A stretch of 28,796 bases of DNA, from positions 1 to 28,796 of the IMG/VR virus record IMGVR_UViG_3300017589_000077, one strand, 5' to 3'. Numbering within the stretch: the stretch's first letter is position 1; each line of letters starts with the position of its first letter. The stretch comes from a virus. Its lineage: Duplodnaviria > Caudoviricetes. A program made the position numbers and the translations under genes. Shown in pieces: positions 27,557 to 28,796 of this stretch. The notes beneath the pieces are model-generated. The model was not told the origin of the DNA. It worked only from the letters and a program-made list of their open reading frames with translations, and ran no database searches.

Positions 27557-28468
27557 GTGGGAGAAAATACTTTAATTATAAATACACTTAACGAATTGAT
27601 TGATTTATTCAAACCGGGAGGAATTCTCGATGAGTTTCGCAAAAAAGGATATGTTTTTAGGGGTGAAGCAGATAGTACATGGAAATTGATTCCAAATCTA
27701 CTAAGAAATGGTAACTCTACAAAACTTCATGAAGCTGCATACAATATTTGTTATATAGATGATGAAGATGAAAAAAATGAAATAACACCAGAAATATATT
27801 TGCGAAAAGAAGAAGCATATGTTTTGAATAAGTTTTATGAGTGTTCCAACATTAATGGATTAAAAATACCAAATGTTGATATTTATTCACAAAAAGGAAG
27901 CAATATAAATGATGAATGGTATTCGGAAGGATATCAAGAAATTGCATCATTAGCACAACATTATGGAATGTACACAAGGATGTTGGATTGGACATATGAT
28001 ATATTTGTAGCGCTTTTTTTTGCATTTCGAGAAAGGTTAAAGAAAACAGATCTAAATGGAAATGTAAGAATTTGGATACTAAATAAAAATTATATTGAGA
28101 TTGATAATTTTGTTCCGTTAAAATTTGTTAGACCGCCATATTATAGTAACAAAAATATATCAGCACAAAAAGGCTTATTATCGTATTGGAAGATGAAGGG
28201 GATTTATGAACCACAAAATAATACGATTAACAGTAAACCAATAGATGTATTACTGTTTGAGTATTACAAAGACCTAATATATCCAATAATAGGAATGAAA
28301 TTTGAACATATTTTGGACGCGATAGAAATCAATCCTAAGATATGTAGCGAAGGAATCAGATGGCTGGATAGTATTGGATACAATGCTGCTAGAATATTCC
28401 CGGGATATGTAGGAGTGAAAGAGTATATCTATGATGATAGATATTTATATGCAGAAGAAAATAAATAG
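27557..28468 (+). CDS. FRG domain protein
   Basis: YVFRGEADSTWKLIPNLLR, AQHYGMYTRMLDWT...ALFFA, NISAQKG; GTG start after AGGAGG. Confidence 0.9.
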   Translation: MGENTLIINTLNELIDLFKPGGILDEFRKKGYVFRGEADSTWKLIPNLLRNGNSTKLHEAAYNICYIDDEDEKNEITPEIYLRKEEAYVLNKFYECSNINGLKIPNVDIYSQKGSNINDEWYSEGYQEIASLAQHYGMYTRMLDWTYDIFVALFFAFRERLKKTDLNGNVRIWILNKNYIEIDNFVPLKFVRPPYYSNKNISAQKGLLSYWKMKGIYEPQNNTINSKPIDVLLFEYYKDLIYPIIGMKFEHILDAIEINPKICSEGIRWLDSIGYNAARIFPGYVGVKEYIYDDRYLYAEENK

Positions 28469-28796
28469 TATACATTAGTTATTTTTAGATCTAATAAGCA
28501 GTGATACAAGGGTATGGAGACTGTATAATATTTAGGAAGTAAAAATTAATCTTTAGAAGTGATGATTGCAACAATTCCACACTGGATAAATACTTAAATT
28601 ACTGTAAAAGGAATTGATTTATTTAATATAAAATGAAATGTATTATAATAAGGAAGAAATGGTTGCAACAGAATGATAAAAATACTAAAATCAGTATAAA
28701 AATATATAAAAGCACAACGGTATACCACAAGTAATACACAAACGACTAAACAATACCCATAAAATGGGAAATGACAGTTTCAATTGAAGAAGCAGC

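Larger units (their letters stand above)
1..28468 (+). mobile_element. Siphovirus-like phage/prophage, replication through lysis plus accessory genes; left part lies outside the window
   Basis: Co-oriented HNH-TerS-TerL-portal-protease-capsid-neck-tail-TMP-Dit-RBP-holin-endolysin synteny. Confidence 0.96.

Overview
A low-GC, almost entirely + strand block covering the middle and late regions of a long-tailed (siphovirus-like) phage or prophage. Gene content points to a Clostridia/Lachnospiraceae-like host (inference). Gene order: orphan C5 DNA methyltransferase and small early genes; HUH rolling-circle-type Rep; VRR-NUC nuclease; ParA, ParB, SSB; a sigma-r4-like late regulator; HNH, TerS, TerL, portal, ClpP-type prohead protease, capsid, neck and tail genes (with a G/GT -1 frameshift); tape measure, Dit, hub and a receptor-binding protein; three membrane lysis genes; a dual-catalytic endolysin; and two AT-rich accessory genes, one with an FRG domain. 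The most striking signal is a candidate plasmid-like replication and partition system inside this tailed phage. It consists of (i) an HUH Rep preceded by a phiX174/pC194-type AACTTG^ATA nick motif, (ii) a near-consensus counter-transcribed promoter plus terminator defining a ~65-nt antisense RNA in the rep leader, and (iii) ParA/ParB with a 19-bp palindrome inside parB and again inside the prohead protease gene (candidate parS). Separately, the major capsid and major tail proteins end in the same ~46-aa helical domain. No integrase, repressor, CRISPR, tRNA or reverse transcriptase is visible. All family assignments come from motifs and synteny read by eye, not from database searches.
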